DNA of 64,000 nucleotides from Chrysomallon squamiferum (GCA_012295275.1 CM022672.1:9300001-9364000), one strand, 5' to 3'; positions 46,291 through 60,010 are shown, counted from the stretch's first letter. The notes: a model not told the origin generated them from the letters alone. A program made the numbers and translations.

Positions 46291-46845
46291 TCTATCTAGC
46301 TATTTGGTTCCTTCTGTCTGTCAATGTGTCTGCTTATTTGACTCTGTCTCTATATGTTCTCCGTACGTCTCATTATTTATCTCATGTTTTTAAATTAGTA
46401 TTTCTTATGGTAAACAAACTTTATTCAATTAACTCATTTAATCAACTCCTTACTCGAATATTGTATTCTCACTTTAATCATTTCCGTGCATCATTCGTCA
46501 AAAAAAATATGACAATGTAAACACATTTAAACAGTACTGTTGTTAGTTCCGGGATTGTTAAATCTTCATAAATACTGACACAAAAAAAATCAACACTAAA
46601 ATACACAAAGAAAAAAATTAGAAGAAGAAGAAAAAAAAAAAAAAAGATAGAAACTTAAACTCTGTTGAATATGAAAAAGAATAATTTACTAGCAACCAGA
46701 AGAAATATTTATTTAAGAACGGTCATAAGGTTCCTCAGTCTATGACAACATACGTTAGACAGGTCTCTGTGACATCTTTCTCTCTGTCCATTTTGTTTAA
46801 ATATTTATTTATATGACTCTGTGTGCATGTTGGTTGTTTTATATA

Positions 46846-46881
<36 letters not shown>

Positions 46882-47122
46882 ATGGGTGGGTCTGAGTGTC
46901 TGTTTGTGGGGGTTGGTGTGTACTATGTTTATATGCATTATGAACTTTAAGGTATTTATAACATTATTATCAAAATTATTTATTAGATTGTCTCATGTTT
47001 AACGTTCAAGTCAAACAAAATAAAAACTCATTCCAACAAAACATATTAATAAAACTGAAAGTGATCTTTAAAATTAATTTTCAGAAATATTAATAAAATT
47101 TGTTTTAATTTTTTTCTAATTG

Positions 47123-47173
<51 letters not shown>

Positions 47174-47490
47174 TATATCTATTCTTTTTTGTTTTCATGA
47201 AAATTCAGTTTAGAAAAAATAGCAAGTTAGCATCTTATTATAGCATACTAATTATTTCTATCTTTCCTTTCTTTTGCTATTGTTAATAGATTAACAATAG
47301 ATTAAAAAGCAAAAATGTTAGATCAGTTTTGAATATCTGTTGATTACTAAAATTAAAATCTTTTATTCGTATGTATTACTGGAAGACATTCTATGTATTA
47401 AGAATGTTATTTATCACCACTGACTGTTAGTTTTCACTCTAAATATTACTACAATTATCTAAACAAAATAATTTTCTTATTTGCTTTAAG

Positions 47491-47686
47491 ATGACAGATG
47501 CTCCTTTTGGGAGGACAGATTCGGAAGACGATATAGTGGAAGAGTACGACGACGTCCTCACGTTCAAGACATCATGTCTGAAAAACAGGACGATGTTGGA
47601 GAAGGTGCTGATGGTTGTGGTTGTGATGTCTCTGGCTGTCATCATAGGTCTCACTGTCGGTTTGACAAGACCCGTGCCCCCTCCAG
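47491..47686 (+). CDS. M13 peptidase (neprilysin/ECE-like) exon: cytoplasmic tail plus signal-anchor TM helix
   Basis: MTDAPFGRTDSEDDIVEEYDDVLTFKTSCLKNRTMLEK-VLMVVVVMSLAVIIGLTVGL-TRPVPPP. An RTxLEK motif before the hydrophobic helix resembles ECE/NEP juxtamembrane segments. Donor CAG|GTATAA, phase 1. Confidence 0.9.
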
Positions 47687-47770
47687 GTATAATCTGATCA
47701 GTTTCAAACCAGAATTCAAAGTATCAAGAAAATTTTTTTTTTATTTTTTTTTTTAGACCTTAATTCTTTT

Positions 47771-47974
47771 GAATTCTGACTTGTTAAATACCAGAGCAGT
47801 GAATTTTTTTTTCTTTATCCTTTTTGTTAGATCATCCAATACAATTTACAAGCGAACGAAAATGTAATTGTTAGAATTCTGACTTGTTAAATTCCAGAGC
47901 ATGGCATTTTTTTCTTTATCCGTCTTGTTAGATCATCCAGAGCACTTTACAAGCCGAACACAAATATAATTGTT
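47771..47974. repeat. 103-bp tandem duplication (intronic)
   Basis: GAATTCTGACTTGTTAAAT...TTAGATCATCCA...TTTACAAGC...AATTGTTA at 47771 and 47874. Confidence 0.9.
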
Positions 47975-48442
47975 ATGTCAGTCTTTTACACAGACACTAA
48001 AGTGAATTGTTCTGATGTTCACACAGACTATGAGTTTGCATAGACTTATTAACTGCAGAATCGATAGTGTGTGATGTAATTTTAAACAGAGAGATTTGCC
48101 TTAAACATTCAGTATATTAATTTATTATTTCAAAAACAGATCTGCTTTAGTCATCACTTTATGCTGAATGTAAAGCCAAAATTAATCGAAATAACTGATA
48201 CTTGTATACATTTAGGTAATAATTAATTCTGCCTATATGCATTCTTATGTATAATAGGTGCTTATGTATTCTTTTAAATTTATAATAATTTATATATATA
48301 TATTCATATAAAGTAATGCTTAATTATAATTAATCATTTTAAACAAAAGAAAGTGTAACTGAAGCATTGGAATTTAATATTATACGTCAGCATCAACAGC
48401 CGGACCAAAGATGCATCAGTTAATTTGTTTTTACATGTTGTT

Positions 48443-48730
48443 GCTAGTTTATTAAACTGCCTTCTTCGAAATACATGTTTAGAATACTGAAACAAAAAAA
48501 AAATCATAGAAAATGATAATCAAGCATTTTTTTCCATCAACCCTTGGGATTACATATTTATTATTTTGAGGTAGTGTACACGCAAGTGTTTCTAGTTTCA
48601 TTAAACGTCTTTCTTCGAAATATATATTTAAAAAAAATTTGAAATAAGAAAGAGTCATAGAAAGTCATGCTCAAATATTTTTTCCACCATCCCTTGAGAT
48701 TAGGTATTTACTATTTAGTGAACGTACGCA
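48443..48730. repeat. About 149-bp diverged tandem duplication (intronic)
   Basis: CTAGTTT..ATTAAAC...TTCTTCGAAATA...TCATAGAAA...TTTTTCCA...CCCTTG.GATTA occurs twice. Confidence 0.8.
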
Positions 48731-49020
48731 TACAGCAAAACACGCTGTTATGACAGGTGAATTAACTGCTACGCTGGCAAATACGCGTCTCTTGTTGAAA
48801 CTTCAGAATCAGACGACAAGTTTCCGAGAATACCTCTAAGTCGTGGCTAATTTCCGGACGTCTTTTGAATGTTAAAGCTACCCAAGACAGGCTGTTTTGT
48901 GGAAGTGACACCAACCTATCCGGCGGACATTAAATAATAATGAGTAGCTGCTTCTCAGTTCTATATAAGGCGCCTGAAGAAATCGGCTTTGCTTGTTTTA
49001 GCTGACTGGTAGAAAGAGCT
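48720..49020 (+). promoter_or_regulatory. Candidate intronic promoter
   Basis: Locally CpG-enriched, ETS-like TTCCGG/GGAAGT sites, canonical TATATAAGG at 48962 flanked 3' by GC. Confidence 0.45.
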
Positions 49021-49212
49021 AACAGATATTCATAAATCATCAGATTCTCTCTCTTCTATCGCTAGCGATTATAAGACTAAAATATTTAGAGATTTAGGAC
49101 CAAAAACCTTTCTTGTCCAAAACGGTCAGAGAAAAAGATGGCTACCGTTATTGCCGCCCGAACGAAAATGTTGACATGCAAACGAAAATGTAGATATAAG
49201 GATTCGTTTAAG

Positions 49213-49267
49213 ATGTTGAAACTGCTGTGTATCATCTTCGCATTGAACTCTAATTCGATTGTTTCAG
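49213..49267 (+). CDS. Putative alternative 5' extension encoding a cleavable signal peptide (secreted isoform)
   Basis: Intronic sequence in frame with exon 49268 reads MLKLLCIIFALNSNSIVSA|EEFC. The frame is open from 49138, and a TATA box lies at 48962. Confidence 0.5.
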
Positions 49268-49477
49268 CTGAAGAGTTCTGCAAGTCTCCGCAGTGTATCA
49301 AGGCCTCCAACTCTCTGCTCGACTCGATGGATTTGTCTGTCAACCCGTGTGACGACTTTTATCAGTATGCTTGTGGGGGCTGGCTGAGACAAAATCCCAT
49401 TCCCAGAGGTTATCAGAAGTGGGATCGCTTCCAGGAGCTGTCTGGAAAGAACTTGTACATACTCAAGAATCTCATAG
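49268..49477 (+). CDS. M13 peptidase exon: Cys-rich start of ectodomain
   Basis: (A)EEFCKSPQCIKASNSLLDSMDLSVNPCDDFYQYACGGWLRQNPIPRGYQKWDRFQELSGKNLYILKNLI contains the diagnostic CxxxxC...PCDDFYQYACGGW M13 motif. Acceptor gtttcag, donor G|GTAAGT, phase 1-1. Confidence 0.97.
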
Positions 49478-49629
49478 GTAAGTAATCAGTGTATGGTGTC
49501 TGTGCAATATTTGGCATCTTTAACCATCAGACGTAAAAAATTATTTCTTTTTTGATAGAATATTTTATTACTATGAAGTGCTTTTTGGATTACACAGTTT
49601 TACGTTAATTAATTTTATTAACTGAACAT

Positions 49630-49770
49630 TTTTCATACAAAGATATTTACACTCAAGATATTATTTTACATAAAGATAATATAATTTTTACACAACGATA
49701 TATACACTCAATATATTATTTTACATAAAGATGATATTATTTTTGCGCAAAGATATATATACACTCAACA
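49630..49770. repeat. About 55-bp tandem repeat ahead of the 49799 acceptor
   Basis: AAAGATAT..ACACTCAA.ATATTATTTTACATAAAGAT, about 2.5 copies. Confidence 0.8.
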
Positions 49771-49798
49771 TCTCTTCTCTGTGTTTTCTCTCTGGCAG

Positions 49799-50070
49799 AA
49801 AGTCACACACCAACAGGAAAAGCTCAAGAAAAAGTTAAGAAGTTTTACTCCAGCTGTATGAATGAAAGTTTAGACAGAAGGACTGAAACGTTACACGACT
49901 TTCACAAACTGATATCGGACGTGGGCGGATGGTCCTATTCGCAGAACTCAGACAGCGACTGGGTTTTACAGTCGGCGCTACAGAACATCCACCGCTACAA
50001 AGCCTGGCCGCTTTTTCAAGTCATCGTCGACGTGGACGAGAGAAACCCTACAGAACGACACATGTTGAAG
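49799..50070 (+). CDS. M13 peptidase exon
   Basis: (E)SHTPTGKAQEKVKKFYSSCMNESLD...LISDVGGWS...WVLQSALQNIH...PLFQVIVDVDERNPTERHMLK matches the M13 KxKxFYxSCMNE, GGW and VxxDxxN motifs. Acceptor ctctctggcag, donor AAG|GTATCT. Confidence 0.95.
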
Positions 50071-50214
50071 GTATCTGCATGTCTTAATAAGAAGAAAATA
50101 TGTTTTATTCGGGTGTCATTGTGCGTTTATGCAATTTAGAAAGATAAAAAATTATAGAAAAATAACTGCAGGTCTATAGGAGAGAGAAAAAGAGAGAGAA
50201 TGAGAGTAAGAGAA

Positions 50215-50337
<123 letters not shown>

Positions 50338-50816
50338 TATATTCATCACATAATGAGAGATAGATGATGAAAGTCAATCACTTAGAGAGAGGTTTCACCA
50401 AAGAGAAAAAGAGAAAGTGAAGGAGAATACGAGAGAAGGGGAAATCTTCCAACTTTTCTATCTTTTATGTTATGTTCAATGCATGATATTTACATCGAAG
50501 TTATCGGTGACACTAATAATCATGATGCTGGTACAGTTTCTTTACTTACATCATTATTTTTCTCTTGTTTTTCCACTTTCTTTTTTGTTAACTTTTACAT
50601 GTTTCTCTTTCATATGTTCCAATTTACGTTCGGTTCATCAGATTTTATCCTATATTCGTTTTTGCCTTGTTTCCAAAATTGTTAAAACGTGAAATATGTG
50701 TGTTTTTTCTAAACATCCAATGTTTCGGTCGTTGCTTGCTTGTTTTCCTCACAGAAAGCAGACACCTGAAAAAGGGAAAAAAAAGAAATATTTATTTAAG
50801 TTTGTATTGTTCACAG

Positions 50817-50969
50817 ATTGACTTGGGCCACACCAGTTTACCTACAGAACTGTTTCCGTCCAGACATCCAACGACTCCAGAAACACCGCTACCTATCACT
50901 GCAAATATGACAGAAAAGCCAAAACCTGCCACGACACGGACAGTCAGTCCTTCCAGCAACGTCACCCAC
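50817..50969 (+). CDS. M13 peptidase exon with Pro/Thr-rich insertion
   Basis: IDLGHTSLPTELF (equivalent of the IDQxxLGLP motif) followed by PSRHPTTPETPLPITANMTEKPKPATTRTVSPSSNVTH. Acceptor ttcacag, donor CAC|GTCAGT, phase 0-0; an alternative in-frame donor exists at 50943. Confidence 0.85.
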
Positions 50970-51972
50970 GTCAGTATATCAGTTCTTTTCTTAATGTTGT
51001 TATTATCATTATTAACTTATTTTACATATTTATTCTGACTTTATTTTGTTTATCTATCTATCTATCTATCTATATGTGTGTATGTATGTATCTATCTATC
51101 TATATATCTATCTATCTAACTATCGCTCTACCTACCTATCTACCTACGCACCTATCAGTCAATCAATCTATCTATCTATCTATCTATCTATCTATTTATC
51201 TATCTATATTTTATAGATATTGTCCAGTTTATTCAGGTTACCATATACTTAAGAAATTTAGTCGTTTTAGTTCATTCAAAACTTCCTTTATACTTCTGTG
51301 GTGTCGTATTTTTTTCATTCCTTTAATTTATTTTCCATTTCTTCTTCATTTCCTTTTTCTTCGTTTTCTTCTTCTTTTTCTTCGTTATTATTTTTCTTGA
51401 CCATTCTTTTTATTCTTTTCTTCTTCTTTTTCTTTTTCTCCATTTTTCGTTCAAGACCCGATGAAATAAATAAAAACACAATATTTAATTTAGGTGTCTT
51501 GACAGTAACAGCGCATCTGATTCAATGAATATCAGTTTAGCACGGCCGTAGAATAGTTTAGCGTTAGCATATAAAAACAATAACAGCAGTACCAAGAAAA
51601 ATAATAACAATAATAATTAAACACATTTGCTGCAGCCACTCATGGGAAGTCGCTTATATGCTTCATTCCAAAGACAGAAAAATAAAACAAATATTATTCA
51701 CAAAATAATTATTTTGTTTCCATGGCCTTTCATGATTTTTAAGTCTTTAACTGATAGCAAAAGAGTTCTTATAAAATGGAAATTTAAATGAATGTATTTA
51801 TCATACAAAGCGTTTACGAATATAGGGCACCAGGTACCAGCTAACTTAAAAAGTGCTTATCAGTTCTTATTACATACAACGAGAAAATTACGATTCATTG
51901 TTAAAATTCTTTGATTTATATTCATTTGTTTTTATCGTATTTTCATCAAGTGTTTTACGTTTTCGTGTTTAG

Positions 51973-52089
51973 GTGAAGAAAGTGTTTCTTGATGAAACAA
52001 TACACATACTGCGTGCTTTGGGTGTCAACGAGTCTGAAGCGAAATCAAAAGCTGAAGATCTACTAAAGCTAGAAGAAATTATTGCTTCA
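51973..52089 (+). CDS. M13 peptidase exon (not in ORF track)
   Basis: VKKVFLDETIHILRALGVNESEAKSKAEDLLKLEEIIAS resembles the M13 LG...A...LExxIA helix. Acceptor gtgtttag, donor TCA|GTAAGT, 117 nt, phase 0-0. Confidence 0.92.
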
Positions 52090-52680
52090 GTAAGTTATAT
52101 TTGTGTGTGTATGTGTGCGTGCTGTATGGAAAGAGAGTAGGATGTAGCAGACAAAGGTATATACTCATATGTTCTAATACATATACACATACTTACAAAA
52201 TACATACGGTACATTCATACAGAAAGACATATATACATACATCCTTACATAATACATACAGACAAAAATAAATAGATATAAAAATACATACAACATACAT
52301 GCAGAGCTACACATACATACATACATACATTTAAATAAATATATTTCTTGTTGCTTTACCATTATCTGAAAATCTGGTGTATACCTTTAATACTGTTTTA
52401 TTTTAAATACTTTCTTTTTATTTTCTTATTTATAAATATTTAGGCATTGCTTTAAGTGTAACAAAATATAAATAATTAAAATAATATTATGTTTATTTTA
52501 ACATTAACATACTATATTATGACAGACTGTAAAATCTTCATATACTTTATTTTAGTTTAGCTTATTTTGTGTTTAATCGTAAACATATTATACTATTAGG
52601 CATTTTCATGTCATACATAACCGATACAATATTGAACTTAAGCGTCGTTAATCATTCATTCCATTGCTTTTCTTTTCTAG

Positions 52681-52770
52681 GCATCGCCAAATATCAGACA
52701 TTCAAAACATGACAAGATGAGTCTCTACAATATTATGTCCATCGCTGACCTTCAGAAAAATTACACAATG
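52681..52770 (+). CDS. M13 peptidase exon (not in ORF track)
   Basis: ASPNIRHSKHDKMSLYNIMSIADLQKNYTM matches the LYNxMTxxxLQ motif. Acceptor tcttttctag, donor ATG|GTAAGT, 90 nt. Confidence 0.92.
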
Positions 52771-53638
52771 GTAAGTATCAAGAATAACTCCTTTAACAGT
52801 GACCGATCTGTAGTTTTTATGTTATGTTTCTGCTCTTTAAACCCACAGAAATATTTAGATAAAATAAAGAAATGATACATTATATAATAATACAGATACT
52901 ATTTATATGTAATTTCTACTTGGATATTCCATGATGCTCTGTATAGGGCATTCCTACTTTTTTTTATTGCCAATTCCACGCAAAGCATCATCACGGTTTT
53001 ATCAAAGCTATGGTTTGTACTTTCTTTACTAAGGGTAGGTTGAGATAAAATGTTCTTTTTCTGCTACTCCAAGATGCAGAGTCTCTACTTATTGACTAAA
53101 GCTGGTTTTCTGTGTCATTGCGGTCCTTGAGTAAATGTCTGATACCACATACCCATAGATTAAAAATGAGAAAATGATATTAGTATAAAAAAATATATAA
53201 TTAAAAAGAAATATATATATATGGTTTGTCTTTTGCGGGGATGGGATCTTTTACTATTTTTTATTATTTGTTATAATCATTTGAACATATCGGACAATGA
53301 ATTAAAACTATCTTTAAAAAAATAAACAAAAAATAAATAAATAAATAAAAATAAAAATAAAAACTATTGTTTATGACTGACTGATATCTTTTATTAATTT
53401 TGCATGACGTTATTGCTATGTCATTGCCTATGTATTATTATTCATGACGGAGAACAAGAAGTACAGCGCTCCATTTAACCGTTGCAAAATAGTCTTAATG
53501 CAGAAAAAAACGTCATTACCGAAAACAATATTTTTATTACAGATATCGGAATACTTTTAGATTAATGGTTGTCTATAATTTCCAATCACCGATCAAAGAA
53601 ATTCCATTACATTGATCAAAGGATAATTCACAAGCATG

Positions 53639-53800
53639 AGGCCAAACCAACCGATAAATGCCGTAAACAAAACCTAATTTAAATCTTCTCGTTTGTTTAT
53701 GTCATTTAATTAGAATAGTATTTTTGTTCTTTAAATCAGGCCAAACCAAGCGGTAAATGCCGTAAACAAAACCTAATTTTAATTTTCTACTTTATTTATC
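53639..53800. repeat. 99-bp-period direct duplication (intronic)
   Basis: AGGCCAAACCAA.CG.TAAATGCCGTAAACAAAACCTAATTT at about 53639 and 53738. Confidence 0.85.
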
Positions 53801-54396
53801 TTGTCTAATAAGCGTTGGACCTTCACTTTACGAGACACACTAACATATTCATATGATGCATTATTCAAGAGGCGAATCAAATATTTTTAAAGGGATAAGC
53901 TCTCTTTAAAAGACAACAGGATTTTTGTTAATCTGTTTTTTGACATCAGAGATATGCCCGGGACAGATAAATGTCAGGAAGGACTAGAAATTACGAAATG
54001 CTGAAAGTTTACCCCAAAATAACTTTTAAATATCTTTTAATCTATTCCAGATTTTCTGTCATTATTTTTACGTTTTACATAAGAATTTTTTTTTTCTTTT
54101 TTTTATGGCATTATTATAAAACACCACCTGGAGATTTCCACATATTCGATCCATCTTTCTTAACACCACATGCCTGTGATCGTCCTTGCCATTTGCTGAA
54201 TTACTGTCATTTCTCTCTGTCTCTGAAAACAATATTATGTCAGACATTCTTTTTATTATTAATTTTTATTATCACTGTACTATCAAATCGCCGAAAATTG
54301 AAAACTGCTCAAAGTGTTCTAATGGTGCTACTAAATAACATAAACGTTAATTTGATTTTAATTTTTAATTTTTTTTTTTTTTTTTTTGTTTTTTAG

Positions 54397-54533
54397 TTAC
54401 AATGGGTGAAATATTTCAAGGCCATTGGTTACAACGTCACTGAGGCGGACTACGTCGTTATTCTGCATCCACATTATCTAAGTCGTATCACACATATAGT
54501 AGCAGACTACAGTTCGCAACCCTCCATGAAAAT
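54397..54533 (+). CDS. M13 peptidase exon (not in ORF track)
   Basis: LQWVKYFKAIGYNVTEADYVVILHPHYLSRITHIVADYSSQPSMK matches the WxxY/F...VVxxxPxYL motif. Poly-T acceptor, donor AT|GTAAGT, phase 2. Confidence 0.92.
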
Positions 54534-56771
54534 GTAAGTATCTGTTATGTATTTACGTATTACAATACACTCCACACTATTCAGATTGCGTGTGTCACGC
54601 CATTTCGATTGGAAGCAATATTTTTTTTTTTTTTCTCTCTCTCTTTGGAATAATAACCTACTGAAAATATGAGAATAATAATAATACCAACAATACAAAA
54701 ATACCTTCTTTCCTAACACAGGAAATATTCGTTTTTAATTTCTCTATACGATATAACGATATATATTTTTTTTTTTGTTCTTCAGTGGCATAATGAATAA
54801 AAACAATAACTAGGGTAATAATAATAAAAATAATTTGAACATTTACTGTTTTAGAACCATTGATTTGTCTGTTACATTTTCTAATGTTGTACATCATAAA
54901 CATCTGTAACGACAGCGATTATTAGCAAAAGACAGATTTAAAATAATAATGCACTAAGATTTATCGAAGGTGACAGTTATTAGCATACCATTAGCAGTGT
55001 ATGTGGAAGTAAATTGCTTTTGTTTCGAGATGTCGTCGTCTTTTACTCTATTTGTTTATACCTAAGTACTTTGTTTTTAATGGTGGAATTCAGAATGGGT
55101 ACCAAAGGGTCATGAAGAAAATTAACATTCTTCAGAAATATTACTGAATTAATTTGTTAAGTATGCGGTTTAGTTTGGTATTGCTGTCAAATGAAATACT
55201 AACTTTAATGGAATTTATCTCACTGGTTAACACACATGCCTGAGAGGTTTTAGACCGCTGGATCAACTCTTCTTTGTGCGCACATGGAGAAAGAATTCCG
55301 CGACTGCGTTATCAAAGATTACTGTAGTATCTTCCTGTGTACGAGGAGGTGCAAATAAAAGCTCATCTACTGCTAATGTTAAGAGTGACTTCTTTGATAT
55401 ATACTTTAAAATAAAAAATAAAAAATAAAAAAACACATATGTATTTTGGGTAACAGCTAATGAGCTATACTGAGCTATTCTGAGGTGTTGTTAAATAAGT
55501 TAATCTTTTGGCAGTGTTTACTCGTTAATCTAACTGAAAACTTACTAGTACTAATATAATATATTTTTTCTTTATTCTAACTGATATCGGTTGTATTTAA
55601 TATATGAGATTTTTTCGTACATTTATTGTATTATTAGTTCATACATTTCTAGATTTTCTTTTAACAAATGCACTTTTTTTCAAGACAAAATTATCGCTGA
55701 TAATTTAGTAAGCACTAAGCGTCACCGTTGATCTTTGTGTATTAAATGATTTTAAGATATAATTTCTTTTGATATATAAAACTTAACAGGTTCGTTCGAT
55801 ATGGGATTATTTTTCGTTTGAGTTAATATTCATTTTTAAAATGTTATTTTATTTTATTTATTTATTATTATTTTAATTTTTTTTTTTTTTTTTTAATTTT
55901 ATACAAATCCATAACTTCATTGAAACATAAAAAAAAAGTAAAAAATTTAAAATTTAAAAAAGTTAAAAATATATTATTATTATATTTTTTGTTAGTTTGT
56001 TTCTTAAATGCTTGCTTACGTTGCTTTTTTTTTTTTTTTTTTTTTTTTTCTTCTTTTTTTTTTAATCTTTTCTCTGAAGTATTTAACTTCTTGCATAATG
56101 AGCAGCAAAAAAGGGAGAAAAAAACCCACCAACAAAACATCGAAGACATTGCCAAAGAACCAGATTCTCTTATTAGCTAGTAATTAAGACGAATGATTAA
56201 TATCTTTCAGATAATGGACTGAATACTTCTACAATTATTATTTTTCTCTTTGTTGTAAACTGATTCACTGTATCGATTCGCACTCAGAACATTTTCTTTG
56301 ATGACACTTAAGAGCTATCATGTTTTCGTCCATTAAGTTGTTGTTTTTTTCTAGTTTTTTTTTTTTTTTTTTTTTTTTTTTCTCCCTCAGTGTTAAAAAA
56401 AATAATAATAATAAAAAAAAAAAAAAAAAAATTCCTGGTTATTATTACTTAGTACATTTACGATACGATAATCAAATTGATCCATGGTAAAAATTGCAAA
56501 AATTATTATTAACCATACAAACCTATTGATCACTACCGAGTGTTCTTATTACTACTAATGCTGCTAGTACTGCAATTATTACTATGCTGCTACTGCTATT
56601 TCTATTACTTCAGCTGATGCTACAACTACTAATTTTCGACAGCTCTTGTTGTATTGTAGTTGTTTTTGTCATTCTTCTTCTTATCTACGTCGTCATCATC
56701 ATTATCATCATTGTTGTTACCAACTAATGATTCCGCATTTTACTATTATTGTCACAAACTGTTGCTATAAA

Positions 56772-56807
<36 letters not shown>

Positions 56808-57196
56808 AATAGCTTTTATGACGAAATTAATGTCTTACTTTGACCCCTGTATTACCTAGCTATCTTACGTCGTTTAGTAACAGGTGTTCATATTATCAAC
56901 ACCTGTGACCCGTTATAACGTCAATATTTCGAAGTTAGAAAAACTTCGGAGCTGTCAGTTAAGATATACGTTAGTTTCACTATGGGGTTTAGTATTGATA
57001 TCTCTATATGCATACGTGCATTCTAGTGTCTTTTATTTGACGTGTTTTATTTCTCAGCTCAGCTAAGATCAATTTGCTTTCTGTTGTAAAAAGTTTAATG
57101 GACTGTACAAACCTGAGCCATCTGCTGCTTCAGATTTTTGTTTGTTTGTATTTTATTTATTTTTTTTTCTATTTATTTATTTATTAATTTTTTTTT

Positions 57197-57232
<36 letters not shown>

Positions 57233-57536
57233 CTTTGAGGAGATAGTAGGTATCTTTTCTTCATTTTTTTTTTTAGGTGTTTCAAAAAATCGTTGAAATA
57301 AAAGACTGATTTATAATTCTTTAATTTTTTTGATTAATTTTTATTTTTATTTATTTATTTGTTTATTTATTTATTTATTTATTAGGTGATGATGTGGTTT
57401 TAATCTGAATTATTTGTATGCTGTTTGTATTTGATTCATAGTTCTTTTTTTTTGTATAATTTGTATCATTTCAAGATCACAGCGATATCAAAAATCTATT
57501 TCAGGAAAGATTTTATTCTTACTAATATTGATTTCC

Positions 57537-57629
<93 letters not shown>

Positions 57630-58643
57630 TTACATCTTTTTTTCTTACTTTTTTCACTTTGACATCAATAATTACCTTCTATACATGTGACAACCATAAA
57701 ACGTCTGGCTATAATTGATGGGCGCTGCTGGTAGAAAGAACAATAAAACAACAAGTACATCTAAAGATAATTAGATAATTATGGTGAAATATTTGATTTT
57801 AATGCAGTGCGAATCATTCTTCATTGAGTGTTATGTCACTAAACCCTCCAAGCAAAGAAAATCTGTATTGTTTACGTAACGGAACGTAATCTCACCGTGC
57901 CTTTGTAAGAATTCAATAAGAAACTGTCCGGTGAGACCAATTTATCCACACGCTTCACAAAGGCATTGAAATAATTTTTTAAAAATCGCGTCCATTACTG
58001 CAATTCCGTTCCGCATAACATACAACGATTGTTCCGTGTTTCAGTCCCGGTTCACAATTGACAGAAAAATTGGGTTTTTATTTATTACAGCTGCAGGTCT
58101 AGCATTACCTAATCGTCAATAATCGATTTTAACGAGAGAGAGAGAGAGAGAGACAAAAAAAAAGGAGCACGAAGCTGTTCCATTGTCAAACACAAAGCAA
58201 GAGTTTGATTTGTGAAACTACCACACTTAACGTTGTTTGCTGAATTATAAACTTTTTTGGTTTAATAATTTTTTTATTATTTATGTGGATTTCGGTTATT
58301 GTTATTATTATTTTTTCCACGCCCATACTTTTGTTATACGTTGCAGCTGTTTACTGCAACGACAGAAAACTATGGATGCATAATGTTTCAGATTATTATC
58401 TAGTTTGTTTGAATTGTATAATGTGTTTTCCATGCAACAGGAAAAGGTATTACTATTGCTAATGTTTCTATAGAAAAAAAATGGCCTTGTAGGCTGTATG
58501 TTTTTGTTTGTTTTGTCTGGGTTTTTTTTGGTTTTTGGGAGGGTTTGGGGGATTTTGTTGTTGTTATTATTATTATTACTATTATTATTATTATTATTAT
58601 TATTACCTTTTTTTTTTTTAACTCCGAATAAGAAAATAAACAC

Positions 58644-58731
<88 letters not shown>

Positions 58732-59753
58732 GTAAATGTATGGAAAAAATATGCTAATTTGAATATTTTTATATACTGACTGACATGAACGCAATGCACT
58801 GATTTCTTTCTTTTTTTTTTTTTTTTTTTTGATTTTTTAAAAATTTATTTATTTATTTATAGACTTTTTAAAATTATTATTATTAATTTCTGCGCGCGCT
58901 TATATGTATCGTTAAAAAATATAATATGCATTTTAAACGTTCAATCAATATGTCTTGTTAACTTTGTTGAATTTCTAAAAGAAGAAGATTTATATTTATC
59001 GATTTTTCTTAATTATTAAAATGAAACAACTTTTTTTTGTTTTGGATAAAAGTCATTTCAGATGTAATGTACTATTACATTAACTTAATTCATGTTATGT
59101 AAATTATTGTTACGCTATCTTAGATTACATTGCATTATATTATATTATATTATATTATATTATATTATATTATATTATATTATATTATTATATTATATTA
59201 CATTACATTGTATATCATTTTTTACATTATGTATTTAATACGTAATCTTATATGATTTTACGTATGTATTACATTATATTACAAAATGTTGTATTATGTT
59301 ATTGTTTTAACAAGAATAAGAAAATAATGAACCTAAATTGATATAAAATAAACAACAAAATAAACTTAGTAACTATAACTACTGAAAATGTTTATTATTT
59401 TCAAAAATAATAATTATTATTCTTCTTTTTCTTCTTCTTTCATCTTTGATCTTCTTGTTTTTTTTTTTTTTTTTTCTTCTAGTACTTTCTTCATCTTACT
59501 TTCGTTTTTCTTTTTCATCTTCTTTTCTTCTTTCTCTTATTCATTTTCTTTTTTCTTTTGTCTTTTCTTCTTTTTTTCTTCTTCTTCTTCTTCATTAAGC
59601 ATTACATATTATCTTTTCTTTGCTTGTTCATTCATATAACAGTACATTAACATATATATTATATTATATGTAAGCAATGACACTAACAAATCAGCCTAGA
59701 ACTGTTTACTTGGTATTCACATTCTATTTAAGACAATCTGTTGAATTTTTCAG

Positions 59754-59839
59754 GATCCTGCGTGATCACATGGTTCTGTCCTTGGTACGATCGCTAAAAG
59801 AATACTTTGACCCGAGCACCTTTACAGTTCAGAAAACAG
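59754..59839 (+). CDS. M13 peptidase exon (not in ORF track)
   Basis: (M)ILRDHMVLSLVRSLKEYFDPSTFTVQKT corresponds to the LxNYMxWxLV helix. Acceptor tttttcag, donor CAG|GTACTT; phases 2 and 1 fit both neighbours. Confidence 0.85.
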
Positions 59840-59864
59840 GTACTTTATCATGAACGAGATATCA

Positions 59865-59917
<53 letters not shown>

Positions 59918-60010
59918 GTGTTTATTATTACTATTATTTATTTATTTATATATAGATATATACATACATACATACATACTTATATAATACAATACACACG
60001 TATATGTGTG

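Noticed and set aside
53971-54396. 141-aa ORF ending at an exon boundary
   Set aside because: Intronic and Phe/Ile-rich from AT bias; its stop codon is the TAG of the true acceptor at 54394-54396.
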